Positions 1 through 13,024 of a DNA stretch of 64,000 nucleotides are shown piece after piece. Each line of letters starts with the position of its first letter. The stretch's first letter is position 1. A program made the position numbers and the translations under genes. A model generated the notes under the pieces. It was not told where the DNA came from. It did not search any database and saw nothing but the letters and a program-made list of their open reading frames with translations. The stretch is from Chrysomallon squamiferum (Eukaryota; Animalia; Mollusca): contig CM022674.1 of assembly GCA_012295275.1 (NCBI GenBank), positions 4,154,001-4,218,000 on the forward strand. Direction: 5' to 3'.

Positions 1-126
1 GAAGTTCGGGCGTGGTCACAAGTTCCTTGAGTGTGAAGTTCCTGGTGCCCCCAGACGTCTTTGCTTCACAGTGCATTTCTTCAAGTTCTTCCTGCACATT
101 GTCATAACCTCTCAGCTTCTTCAGCA
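1..126 (-). CDS. SLC2A: GLUT/SLC2A sugar transporter, coding exon 6 (truncated by window edge; large cytoplasmic loop)
   Basis: Acceptor AG at 127-128, phase 1; reads (L)LKKLRGYDNVQEELEEMHCEAKTSGGTRNFTLKELVTTPEL, matching the GLUT 'LKKLRG..DV..EL.EM' intracellular helix; in phase with the previous exon's donor. Confidence 0.93.
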
Positions 127-344
127 CTGTGATATAATTAAACATTTCTTCAGTATAATTCTTAATCACCTGTAGGGTTCTCAATTTCTTGAGGAGAGTA
201 AATTGTTTAAGATATAGTTCAAAATATCCTGAATGTAACTGATAATTATCTATAGGTTTCTGATGAATGTTATGAACTAATGAGGACTACAAAATATTTT
301 GATAATGAAGTGGTATCTCCTCCAGATAGTTAAAATATATAAAA

Positions 345-356
345 CTACTACTGCTG

Positions 357-421
<65 letters not shown>

Positions 422-450
422 AAGAAGAAGAAGAAGAAGAAGAAGAAGAA
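345..450. repeat. Compound microsatellite (ACT)(AAT)n(AAG)n
   Basis: Direct reading. Confidence 0.95.
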
Positions 451-571
451 ACAAGAAACAAATAAACACAATATAAACAAACAAACAAACAAAACAAAAC
501 AAAAAATAACAAATAACCCATCAATATTAATTCTTTTTTTTTCTCAAAATTTACAAAGGGACATAACTCAC

Positions 572-850
572 ATGCTGCAGCTGTTGATTCCTCCCCCTTT
601 CTGATGAGCAGCCATCTTGGACTCTCTGGACAGAACGGCATGAAAATGAGGCAGAAAAGGGAGGGAACTGCGTTGAACGCAAACAGATAGGGCCAGAGAG
701 TGTTAGTGCCCAGTAGAACTGGCAGGCCGAAGATCTGCGAAGACAAGATGCCAATTGTGATTGCCAGTTGGTGACAAGTCCCTATGGCACCTCGAATTTT
801 CTTCGGGGATATCTCAGCCAGGTAGAGCGGAGCCAAACTTATATTCAGTC
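572..850 (-). CDS. SLC2A: GLUT/SLC2A coding exon 5 (TM4-TM6)
   Basis: ttacag acceptor (851-852), GTGAGT donor (566-571), 279 bp, phase 1/1; encodes GLNISLAPLYLAEISPKKIRGAIGTCHQLAITIGIL...W...FCPESPRWLL with the sugar-porter E..P..RG and PESPR signatures. Confidence 0.97.
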
Positions 851-1101
851 CTGTAAGAAAAGAGAGATGAAAATGTTTTTTTTTTAGAAAAAAAATATAA
901 ATTATTTGTTTTCTAGATGTTTTTTATCTTTATATGTGTTAGTGTTTGTGACTCTCTGTGTGTTAGTATGTGTATGTTTTGTATTTACTCTTTGTGTATG
1001 TATGTATGTATGTATGTATTTGTCTGTGTAGTTTTATCTCTGTGTGGTTTTTGTCTCTCTGTGAGTACATCTGTATTTGTGTCTGTGGTCTGTTTGTATA
1101 T

Positions 1102-1148
<47 letters not shown>

Positions 1149-1339
1149 TGCGTGTTAATTAACAGTTCTCAGACACTAAATCAACTCTGTACATACATTC
1201 TAATGAACTGGCACCAGCATGACATTATGATTATATTAAAAGACTATAGTATTGAGAACAATATTTCTACTACTGCTACTACTAATACCATTGATACTAC
1301 ACTACCACTACTATTACTACTGATATTACTACCATTACT

Positions 1340-1720
1340 GCTACTATTATTGCTACTATTACTGCTGCTAGTACTACTACTACTGTTATTGCTACTATTA
1401 CTGCTGCTAGTACTACTACTACTGTTATTGCTACTATTACTGCTGCTAGTACTACTACTACTTATTATTGCTACTATTACTGCTGCTAGTACTACTACTA
1501 CTATTATTGCTACTATTACTGCTGCTAGTACTACTACTACTGTTATTGCTACTATTACTGCTGCTAGTACTACTACTACTATTATTGCTACTATTACTGC
1601 TGCTAGTACTACTACTACTGTTATTGCTACTATTACTGCTGCTAGTACTACTACTACTATTATTGCTACTATTACTGCTGCTAGTACTACTACTACTATT
1701 ATTGCTACTATTACTGCTAC
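1340..1720. repeat. 39-bp minisatellite (ATTATTGCTACTATTACTGCTGCTAGTACTACTACTACT-like), ~9-10 copies, in a GLUT intron
   Basis: Periodicity visible directly; gives the 13-aa IIATITAASTTTT repeat in ORF 1077..2177. Confidence 0.9.
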
Positions 1721-2001
1721 TACTACTACTACTACTACTATTACTATTACTACTGCTGCAGCTGCTACTCTGCTACCACTACCACCATCACTATCAACTA
1801 CTAATCCTGCTATTATTATTACTACCACTACTACAGCAACTACTACAACTGTTTCCACTACTAATGCTGCTTCTGCTACTACTAAAATTATGACCTCTAC
1901 TACTACTATCACTACGATATTGTTACCACTACTGCTACTATTAGCTATTACTATTACTATTAGCAGTAACAATACTACTACAACAACACAAACACAGTTA
2001 C

Positions 2002-2126
2002 CTGAGTGCAAACCAACAAGAATTCTCGAGACAATGAGGCATTCTGGTGATTTCACTATCAGGGAAATTCCTCCAAAGATGGCTGCAGCAAACATGAGCA
2101 CTGTGATTATGAGCATTCCCTTCTTC
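2002..2126 (-). CDS. SLC2A: GLUT/SLC2A coding exon 4 (TM3-TM4)
   Basis: tttcag acceptor (2127-2128), GTAACT donor (2000-2001), 125 bp, phase 2/1; (R)KKGMLIITVLMFAAAIFGGISLIVKSPECLIVSRILVGLHSG; completes the MFS D..GRK motif. Confidence 0.95.
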
Positions 2127-2657
2127 CTGAAAGTTCAAAGGTCAAAGTCATGGTCAAAGATTAATCGAACATTCTAAGATCTATAAAAACATAATGAAAA
2201 TAATTTTGTTCTTTCATTTGAATAAAATGTAGAATGAATGTTCAATGACATTGCAAAAGTGACTGATATATTTGTAAAGTTGTGAAAAATAAATACATGA
2301 TTTTGTGAGAAAGAAAAAAATGGATAAAAGTATATTTTAGTCTTTTTAAAGTTATTTGGCAACAAATATGATTTTGTAAAAACAATATAAAATATATCTT
2401 TTAATTTATTTCAGTCATTGTAGAGCTATCTGGCAATAATTATATGACTTTGTTAAGTCATTACAAAGTTATTTGACAAATTTTTGATTTAAAACAAACC
2501 CACAAACAAATGTTAATACCAAAAATTCACACAAACCATCACAAATTCTTCTTTTTAAAAATAATTTACCCCTGAATAAAGTCATGGGTGCCAAAGATTC
2601 AAACAAAACTAACTAACAACAACAACAACAAACAACAACTGCAGATTGCCAATTTAC

Positions 2658-2998
2658 CTTCCAGCAATATCTGCCAGCTTGGCAGACAGGAAAGCCCCAA
2701 TCATTCCGAAGAAGACAAATGCAGCAACAGTGCTTGACCACAGCAACTCCAGTTCCCATGGTTTCAACAGCTTGCTCTCCTCAACTCCAAAGTCTTGTGG
2801 CGTTCTGTAAGCAACGTTAGACTTAGTCGACGTTGCCGATGCCTGCGTCGTGGTGGTAGTTGTGGTATTTCCATTGGTCACGACCGTCTCATTCAGTGGC
2901 CTGTTGACGACTTCCAGGTACTTGTCGTAGGTCTGGACGTTTGACCAGTTTCCTCCACTGCGTTCGTAATAGGTCTCATTGTAGAATGCTTTGATGAT
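2658..2998 (-). CDS. SLC2A: GLUT/SLC2A coding exon 3 (extended exofacial loop 1 + TM2)
   Basis: ccag acceptor (2999-3000), GTAAAT donor (2656-2657), 341 bp, phase 0/2; IIKAFYNET...LWSSTVAAFVFFGMIGAFLSAKLADIAGR. Confidence 0.95.
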
Positions 2999-3099
2999 CT
3001 GGATTATTATGGTGGAAAATAAAAAGTGAAAGTGGAAATAAAAGTGATGGTGATGATGATGATGATGATGATGACAATAAAAACACTGGTAAAACAACG

Positions 3100-3560
3100 T
3101 ACAGTGTAATAATGTAATGTAATGTAAAGTATAAAGTAACAGAATGTAAATGAATGTATTGTAAAACAGCACAGTGTAATAATTAAAATATAATGTAAAA
3201 TGTAATTTAGTGTAATATAAAATAATTTAAAGTAAAGGAATGAAATATAGATTAATACAATGTCATGTAATGTAATAGAGCATAATGAAAATTAATATAA
3301 TGTGAAATAAAGAAATTCAATGTCATGTAAAGTAAAATAATGTAATTAAACTAATTTAATCTAATGTAAAGTAATATGTAAAATAAATCATTCAAAGTAG
3401 TGTAAAGTAAAATAAAGCAGTTTAATATAATGTGGAGTAATATGTAAAATAAACCTTTTAAAGTCATGTAAAGTAATATAAGTATGTATCATTTAATGCA
3501 ATACAAAGTTATGTAATGTATTGTGATTCTGAATAAATAATGTAAGATAATATAAATAAA
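3100..3560. repeat. Degenerate pentamer-based (TAATG/TAAAG) low-complexity satellite in a GLUT intron
   Basis: Recurrent aatgt/aaagt/aatat units. Confidence 0.6.
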
Positions 3561-3810
3561 ACTGAAAAATTAATGATTCATTCTAGCATCTACTATAACC
3601 GTTGTGCACCTACCCATAAACAGAGCAGCACAAACCACAGCCTTTGGTTAAAACATTAACAAGGCCTGTATAATTTGTGAAATAACTTAGTTGGAGAGAT
3701 GAGTAGGTCTGAGCATGTCACCCATCACCCAATTTGATCTACCCAGAAAAAAAATCCTATTTCATTTAAATATATAATTCGCTACACCCGAGAAGAAAAC
3801 AGATACTTAC

Positions 3811-3918
3811 CGAAGCAGGAGTATTGATGACTCCTATCTGGTACCCATACAAGAATGAGTTGCCTAAAACACAAACTGTGACACTAAAAATTAGTGTAAA
3901 CGTGTACTTAACTTCATC
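3811..3918 (-). CDS. SLC2A: GLUT/SLC2A coding exon 2 (TM1), absent from ORF track
   Basis: tttcag acceptor (3919-3920), GTAAGT donor (3809-3810), 108 bp, phase 0/0; DEVKYTFTLIFSVTVCVLGNSFLYGYQIGVINTPAS with the GLUT TM1 'S.L.GY..GVIN.P' motif. Confidence 0.93.
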
Positions 3919-4001
3919 CTGAAAGATAAAAATAAAATCTTCTGAAGAAAACAGAAATCAGTTTGATAACTGGATTGATGAATGATCAAGCAGATAAATC
4001 A

Positions 4002-4032
<31 letters not shown>

Positions 4033-4559
4033 CACAGGCACAGACACATCCCCGACAAAAGCTATTTGTATGTCATCATTTATATATTAATTACCACAAA
4101 CGGAGAAACAAATTGAAAAGGAAACAAAAATCGTGAATCGTATACAAAGAGATAGTAGATTAAATATCTGAATTTATTTATCTCGTTCACAATCAAAACT
4201 ACGTCAAAGGAACAAATATTCAACAATAAACGATTTTAAAATCGAGATTTGATTACAGGTATATTGTCTTCAAATCTCTTTCAACCCATGTGGCTAAGTG
4301 TAAAATCCGGGTTGAAAGAAATGATAACGTTTGTTCATTTGATTTCTAACATCTACTTTTGTATAAAAAATATAATAAAATTGCTGTCTCATGCAAGTAA
4401 TTTTTTATCACAGCGGAGAGAGAGAGAGCGAAATGGTCTGGGGGGGGGAGAACTCATTAATATTTAATCATTTCAAGATCCAGGAAGAAAAGAAAAAAAA
4501 AAAAAAAAAAAAAAAGAAAAGCACTAAGTGCACTCATAAATGCGGAGGTGTGTCTATTA

Positions 4560-4900
4560 AGGTGTGTCCTTTTCCACCAATCAGAATGCAGAAAAGAGCC
4601 CAACCCACTGACGTCACTCGAAAATGCCCGACAACAATAATGGAATATTGACGTTTTTCTTTGCACGCGTGCATCTTCTTGGCCGAATGCCAAAGTATTG
4701 CATCATCATAGGGGATTTTGTAAAGAATCAATCCAAATAACATGATTTACTCAAATCAATGGTTCTTCTATTTATAGGATCTCTACACACACTTATAAAT
4801 TGGCCGAAATGCCGGGAAGCACGTCCGACATAACCGCGCATTCCTGTTGTCTGGGAAAGGTCAGGAACAAACATAGCAGGCGTGACCAAAGTACATACAA
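4560..4900. promoter_or_regulatory. CpG-enriched intronic element with CCAAT box and CRE (possible alternative GLUT promoter or enhancer)
   Basis: CCAAT 4577-4581, TGACGTCA 4609-4616, local CpG enrichment against an AT-rich background. Confidence 0.35.
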
Positions 4901-5517
4901 CCCTTATTTTTAAACTGCGAAATTTAACAGACGTTTTGTTATATTTCTGTTTGATTAAAATAAAGTGTACGTTCCTGTGTTTATTTTAATTTTTACAGTG
5001 TCAATTTAAATCATTAAAAAAACATCACTTAAAGATGCTATTTAAATAATATAAAATTAAATGAAATTAAATTAGTGATCTGTTATTGGGTAACAATCCT
5101 TGTTTCCCCAAAAATGTCACCACAAAATTATTCTATAAATAATCCAGACTATTCGAACTTATAATCAATCCCGATTTTAGCGTATCCCAGTTATTTATGT
5201 CAAGGTAACCTTGAACTTTGCAACAGCTTGTCGTCTGCTGCTGATGAAGCAAATATATTTTGCAGAAAACTAACATGGGACCGAGGTCGAAGATCTTTGT
5301 TAGTCTGTCTTTCGCTCCAGTCAGGTTCAAAGGTAGTTTAATACAAACAACGTGAAATGTTTTCTCTTTTAGCGATCAAGGAACATTTCATAGCTATGTA
5401 TTAAAAAAAATAGATCTATATCAAGTATTTTTTATGTAATTTCCGCCCAATATATAAATAAGTTTTTCATTCTATTTATTATTATTATTTAATAGCAAAA
5501 TATATAAATAAGAGATA

Positions 5518-5560
<43 letters not shown>

Positions 5561-6353
5561 ATACATGTATTCATACACGTATACATACATATACATTAAA
5601 ATTCTTTTTCTATATACACGTTACAGATAGCAGGACCTTAACATGTGAAAAACACAATTACGGCATGCCTTAATGCAAGCCATAGCTTGACCGAAATTGA
5701 AATAACAATGCAGGTACATGCAGTATACATATGTTTCATTTCCTGGCAACCTAAGTACGCTTACAAAATATTTTTCACGAATTTACATTTTTCAGTAATG
5801 ACTTTCTGCCATAAAAGTTGCAGATGTGTTCTAGAAAAAAAATCTACTGGTAGATTTATAGAAATGGGGAGAAAACCTGAACAGAAGTCATTATCTGGTG
5901 GGACAACGACAAGGGTAAAAATACTCGTAAAAAAAGAATATTGCAATATAAAGAAAGAGACCAACAGACAGAAATAACAAACAATCTGGGTACAGTCCTA
6001 GAAACCTCTGAATGAACGTGACGTCATATGTCATGACAACGTCAATTCATGACGATCCGGGTATAAAGTATTTCGATACAAAGCAATAACAGTAGGTTCT
6101 CTGCATTCATTAAAATAACAGTGCTGAATGTAAGGACTGTTTGATACACTATACTTCATATTTTGGAGAGATTAATGTAATTATAATGTTACGGTTTACT
6201 GAAGTTTACTGACGTAAGATACAACATTTTTTTCCTAATTATGAAGCTGTTACTGAGAAAATATCGTAAATATCTATTACTATTTTTTTCATTATTATTA
6301 TATTTTTAAATTAATATCTTTTTGTTGTGCCGGGTACTTTGTTGTGGAACTGC

Positions 6354-6426
<73 letters not shown>

Positions 6427-6521
6427 GTTGTTGTTACTGTTGTTGTTACTATATATATATTTCCTAACATCAGTTAATACACACACCATTTCTTTTCATT
6501 TTTTATTTTATTTTAAATAGT

Positions 6522-6557
<36 letters not shown>

Positions 6558-6783
6558 TAAAATAATAATAATAATAAACATCAGTTATGTTAATTTGTAA
6601 TAAATATACTTATAAATAAATAAACAAAAATAATTTATTTATTAATTTTTAATATTATTTCACACAGAAGAAAAAACTATATTCGCGATGGCAGTATGAT
6701 ATTTCAAATTTTTTTGTCAACATTTATAATAAATGTATAATATAATGCATTATGTAAGATTACATAAAAAATATAGTCATTTA

Positions 6784-6838
<55 letters not shown>

Positions 6839-7353
6839 TTGTTGTTGTTGTTGTTGTTAAGTGAAAAGGCAAAGAAACATTTCTATTTTAATAAAACCCG
6901 CTTTCGTCTCTCGTCTTGCATTCAGGACAATGACCGTTGACCTTTTACGCCGGCTATGTAAACACAAACGCTTTTGAAATAAAACAGTTTCAAAATGTTA
7001 GCGGATTAATTTAACGACACGGGAATTAAAAAAAAAAAAAAAATGATACATCTGTACACACATAACACGGCAACTTTGAGAGAAATAACAGTTTTCCACG
7101 TTTTATCAAACAATGAAACGATTTACTTCTTCTTCTTTTTTTCACCACGTGTACAATCGCTCGAAAGGTGTGGCTGAATCCCGCGTTTTCATTGGTTGAT
7201 TCATATCATGAGTTTGTGGCGTACAAAATTAGAGAAACAAAAAAAAAAAATAATTAATAAAACCGCTGAAAATAACACACCACTACACTTCAAATATATC
7301 ACCAGCTTCGACACAATAATCTAATGTAGTCTGTTTAATTAAAACACACTTAC

Positions 7354-7362
7354 CTCGGCCAT
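7354..7362 (-). CDS. SLC2A: GLUT/SLC2A probable initiator coding segment (MAE) within exon 7354-7465
   Basis: acaATGGCCGAG|GTAAGT: good Kozak context, strong phase-0 donor matching exon 2; strong acceptor tctttctcctttcag at 7466-7467 with no ATG in between. Confidence 0.75.
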
Positions 7363-7465
7363 TGTATAAATGGTGATTTCGATAGCAAAACAAGATATGC
7401 TAGTACTGACTAAACGCCGACCACGCTGGTGTACTAGTCAATGGAGGTTATGCTGTGACGTCAAG
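7363..7465 (-). other. 5'UTR part of the GLUT start-codon exon
   Basis: Lies between the acceptor (7466-7467) and the ATG (7362); contains TGACGTCA at 7456-7463. Confidence 0.55.
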
Positions 7466-8333
7466 CTGAAAGGAGAAAGACGATTGGTTGAAACGATTTG
7501 AACTGAATCATTATTTACAATGGATAGAATACTACGATGGAACGTTAAGTGTAGAGAACGAACACGACACATAGAAATAGGCAGACGTGATTGCGTAACC
7601 CCAAGACGGGAGAGGTTTAGGATAAAGAGGGTAGATGATGAGATAAACTTCTGCTTCCGTAATAACCACGCTTGAATGATGGATGATGTGTGGGCGGGAC
7701 AGACAAAACAATAACGCACTGGCGTTATTCTTTTTGAAAATGGCGTTTTCAGATACACTGGGTTTTGCTGGTATGAATTCACGAGCAAAGACTGAAGAGT
7801 TTCGTGTCGCTGAGGGAAAAAGTTCAAAAACGCTGACCCAGACACGTAGGCCAGAAACAAAAGTCGGTACGGACTGAATATAGGTTAATAACACTCGTTC
7901 GAAGGCGCAGTGTATTTAAATAAGCATGAGAATAATATTATATGGGGAAACAAACAAAAAAATTGTATGTGTAATTTATAGCCTGCCGTGTAATATACAC
8001 GTAAACATATTGTATTGTATAGAAATAAACATAATACATAATACACATGATTGTACTGAACAATAATATAAATAAATATAATATATAATATATACATAAT
8101 TATACAGTATTATGTGATTATAATTATAATATAACATTACACACACATACATAATGAAATTAATTGAGTAGGATTCTCAAGAATATTATATATATATATA
8201 TAAAAATAATAATAATAATAAAAAGGAAAATAAGGGTAGATAGAAATCAGAAGATCATCCACACACACACACACACACATTCACTCATACGATAAATTAT
8301 TCAAAAAATATATATATCGCCCCTTCTTCCTCA

Positions 8334-8372
<39 letters not shown>

Positions 8373-8664
8373 AACAAAAGAAACAACAAAACTAAAAGAA
8401 ACATAGGACAATCTGGAATTGCTCCCTTTTGATTCGCGAGTGAGAATAAAATAATATTAGTTATAAATTTTCGGTTTATCAAACTACTAAACAGAAGTGA
8501 ATTTTGGTTATTATTTTTAAACAAAAAAATTTCATGAATAAGCCATTACTAAGCGAACTCTAACATTCGCATATTCAGAAGAGAAATTTACAAAGGATAT
8601 TGATTATTTATTCAAACCTTCATGCTAATTTGCTTTATAGATTAACGCCCACAAATGTGTGTGA

Positions 8665-8731
<67 letters not shown>

Positions 8732-9127
8732 CTCTGATTACAGATATTAGCTGAACAGGTTTTTTTAACAAATTTCTGATTAAAATAACAATAACGACGA
8801 TAACAACAACAATGGAGATGATGAAGTGATAACATTAATATTTGTTTGCCTGATGTGTAATGTAAACATAATTATATAATGATAATGATAATAATAACAC
8901 TGATGACAATGATGATGATCACAATAATGATAATGATAACAAGTATAATTATTAAATGACCCAGGTACGGGCTCCATAATCTGTTATATATTTATCTGAA
9001 GAACAATAAATGAGCTGAATTATGTAGAATAAAAACTGTATCTGACTGAATAAAAACAAAAACAAAAATACTACTACTACTACTAATCATAATAATAGTA
9101 ATAATAATATCATAATAATATTAATAC

Positions 9128-9166
<39 letters not shown>

Positions 9167-9186
9167 CAACAAGAACAACAACAATA

Positions 9187-9232
<46 letters not shown>

Positions 9233-10037
9233 AATAAATAAATAAATATAGAAAGAATCAAAAAGTAACAGAGAATGATTTTTTCCCTTTGATTATATGT
9301 ACTTCTTGATCATAATACATTTTATCTTTTAACTACTCTAAATTGTGTGTGTGTGTAATTTATTATTATTATTATTATTATTATTGTTGTTGTTGTTGTT
9401 ACACTGCAGTGAACTACACACAGTACATTACAATTCATTGAATTTTGTTTTATTTTATTTTATTTTCATTTTTATTTTTGGTGTGTGCACGTGTCTGTAT
9501 GTGTGTGTGTGTGTGTGTGTGTGTGAGTGTGCGTGTATGTGTATGTGGTGTGTGTGTTCAGTCTCATCACAAAGGATCTCGTTACGTAATCCTGTTTTTA
9601 AAATTCGCCTCATTCCTTTCCTACCCACTTCCTTTGATGCGACAATGTTTGAGGTCAAACCGCAACGTTTGATTACGTCACATCATCTGTTGTGATGCGT
9701 AGTTACGTAATGACGTATTAGCTTAACAACGAGGTGGCAACAGATCTGTGACAAGGTTGAAAAGAAATTCGGACACGCTAGACTGCAATTCACAGGCATA
9801 TTTAATTTCACTGCTGTTTAAAAATGACTTTTATTGACTGGGATTCAGGATTTGTTGGGATGTCTTTGAAGAAAAGAAAAACAAAAAAAAAAAAAAGAAA
9901 CACAAACAAAGAAACATATAGAGCAGACGTGATTATCTCATTGATTCCTAGTTTACTGGTAAACAGTTGAAATAGAACATAATTAAAACTTTTTCTAGTT
10001 GACTAGTTTTGATTTTAGATCGTTATTATGATCTCTG

Positions 10038-10076
<39 letters not shown>

Positions 10077-11047
10077 TATGTATGTGTATGTGTATGTATG
10101 TATGTGTGTGAGTTTAAAAATATGTATGTATTATGTATGTGTATGTATGTATGTGTGTGAGTTTAAAAGCTAGAAAATGGAAAATTAGCACATAATCAGT
10201 TATTAAAATAAAAGTATAATATTGACATTAATAACAACAACAACGACAATAACAATAATAAATGTGTAATACTTATAATGAAATAATAAGAGGAACAACA
10301 TAATACTAATACTAATACTAATACTACTAATAAAAACAAACAAACAAACGAATGAATAAATACATAAATAAATAAATAAAATAATAACATTACGTGCTAG
10401 TTTTCACGTGTGCATTCAGTTCTACGCATAAATGTTTTTACGCTGACGCAATTCAAATTTTACCAAACAACCTACAGTGTAGATACAAAAAAGAGATTAT
10501 CCATTATATATCTCTTCCTTTCTCTTTCGCTCAGTGTGAGGTTAAATACAATCACTGAACCACACATTTTTATTTATTATAAGACGCCTGTACTCAAATA
10601 CTTACCAATATGGCCATTAAATACGTTCATTGACCAATGCTACTTATTTATTATATCGGACATATTTATTATTATTATTTTTTTAATTTAGATATTGGCT
10701 TAAGACGCGATCATAAAATTCAATGTGCTGAAACGATTTGATTGTCAGTTTAAAAATATACTTTGATAATGTATACGTTTCTATGTTTGTTTTTGTATAT
10801 CTGTGCATGTGAGTGTGTGCGTCTGTGTGTTTGTGTTTGTGTGATAATAAAAAAAAAAAAAAAAAATTAATTGTATATGTAGCTTATATTACTTATTTTG
10901 TATATTGTTATGAAATTAAATCTCTCTCTCACAAACACGCACACGCACACATATACAAACACACACATACAGTGATATACACAGATACGCACATATATTT
11001 CTTTTATAAATTATCATCATTATCATCATGAATATTATTATTATTGC

Positions 11048-11111
<64 letters not shown>

Positions 11112-11420
11112 ATCAGTTAGCAATCATGAAGTCAGATAAGCACGCTTGAAGAACTCCTTTACTTGATATTTCGTTAAGTTGTTCTGATTCCAGCAGGCGG
11201 TTTCATGATGTTTGGTGTCAATGACCTGATAAAAGATTTATGCGTGAACCAAGTTGCACTGCTGGAATTGCTTTGGGTTGCACACCAGTGAATAAATTCC
11301 TTATGTCGACATAGTTTACTCTGTTAATACGACAGGCAATGTTTTTTCTGTAACAGACAATTCTGCTTGTTTATTCCAAGACTTCTTAGGAACGGATCTA
11401 AGCCATTTGTAGGTAGGTGC

Positions 11421-11469
<49 letters not shown>

Positions 11470-12561
11470 GAGGAAGGTAGGTAGGTAGATAGATAAATGT
11501 TAGAGAAAGATATAGATATAGACAGACAGACAGACAGAGAGACAGACAGATACATTTTATAACAAATAATGTATGCTATCATTGTCCTACGAACCTGGAT
11601 CTGACTGATTATGTTTTCTATAATAATAATAATAATAATAATAATAATCATCATCACCATCATCATCATCATAGATGCTGTTGTTGTTAATTTCTACCAT
11701 ATTTTTTTACTTATTTATTCAAAATGGCAAAACAGGACGTTCGAGGAGCTAACTCTAGCAGGATCAGTCCTTAGAGATACGTCATTTGGTTTATATCCCG
11801 TTCCATCCAGACTCTTAACGAAACGATTTCGTACGAACGATTGTCATACTAGACTGTGCTTTGTTGTTTCTATAAATCAACTGTGAAATCAGTTGTTAAT
11901 CTTTCCGACAACGTCGCCAAATAACGCGTGATCAACACGCTGGGTTATAGTTGTGTCTTATCACGTCTGCCTGACACTGTGTTAATCTGTCACTTGGCTT
12001 TACCACCTACCCCATTCACCTGTTCGCTTTGTAATAAGTTGCTCAGTTCAGCACTGAGGTCTTTCGTACATAACACGGTCTGGTGAAGTCGAATGAAAAG
12101 CGTCATTTTTTTTTTTTTTTTTTTTTAATCCCAGTTGTATGACGTGCAGTTTAATCTGGTGACCTTACGTATTATTACGTCATTTAACCCTGGGATGTGA
12201 TCGTTGGTACGAATAAATAAACTGAATTGTAAGTAACAACAGTGGTAGTAATAGCTGCAGTTCAGTATCATCTCATTGTTACGTTCTGACCACGCACACC
12301 ACGTCATCAACCAGCTAAATGAGAACCAGGACATCGACAGATCCTCACTGGTACATTTCAGCTTGTAACCGCTAAGCAGACACACAATTTTAAGATCATT
12401 TATACAACTTGTATACTTGGCGGGCCGTAACGAAAGAGAACAACCCAGATCAGATTAAACAGATTTGTTTAGACATACGCACAGACGGACAAATAGGATG
12501 CGCTGTCTAGGGATGGACAGACAAACCTTTGGACGAACGAGAAGACAAACGAATGGCGAGG

Positions 12562-12874
12562 TATAAATACGGAAGTACAGACGGAACGGAGAATAACTAT
12601 ACCGTTAAAATAGTAAAACATATAAGCAGATAGGCTCTCGTTTCCAAAACGACGTATTTCCTGTTGTTCTAGACCTGATTTAGTGATTGTCCACAAATGT
12701 GGGATGAGACAGAAATGTTTCGCTTTATGTGTCATTCCGTCAAAGAGAACAATCGGGTGTTTCCGGGTACGAAGTTCTCGGAAATTTCCGAGAGCAGTAC
12801 CAATGCAAACATTTAGGTTAAGAATGTTAATAATTTCGTTTCATCAGATCATCGGCGGTTCCAGAGAATACTGG
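12562..12874 (+). promoter_or_regulatory. Candidate TATA box and non-coding first exon of the plus-strand gene
   Basis: TATAAA 12562-12567; strong donor CTGG|GTGAGT at 12875; contains uORF 12697-12816. Confidence 0.4.
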
Positions 12875-12951
12875 GTGAGTTAAACCAAACAGATATAAAA
12901 TATTAAATATAATAGTAAAAAACAACAATAACAAAAACATTTTATGATTTT

Positions 12952-13024
<73 letters not shown>

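Noticed and set aside
348-571. Poly-Ser/Tyr extension of ORF 348..836
   Set aside because: Read-through past the GTGAGT donor into an intronic microsatellite.
1077-2177. 366-aa plus-strand Thr/Leu-rich ORF and overlapping ORFs
   Set aside because: Produced by a 39-bp minisatellite and triplet repeats in a GLUT intron; only minus-strand 2002-2126 is a real exon.
7438-7894. Minus-strand ORFs upstream of the GLUT start
   Set aside because: No homology recognised; better explained as intron or promoter sequence.
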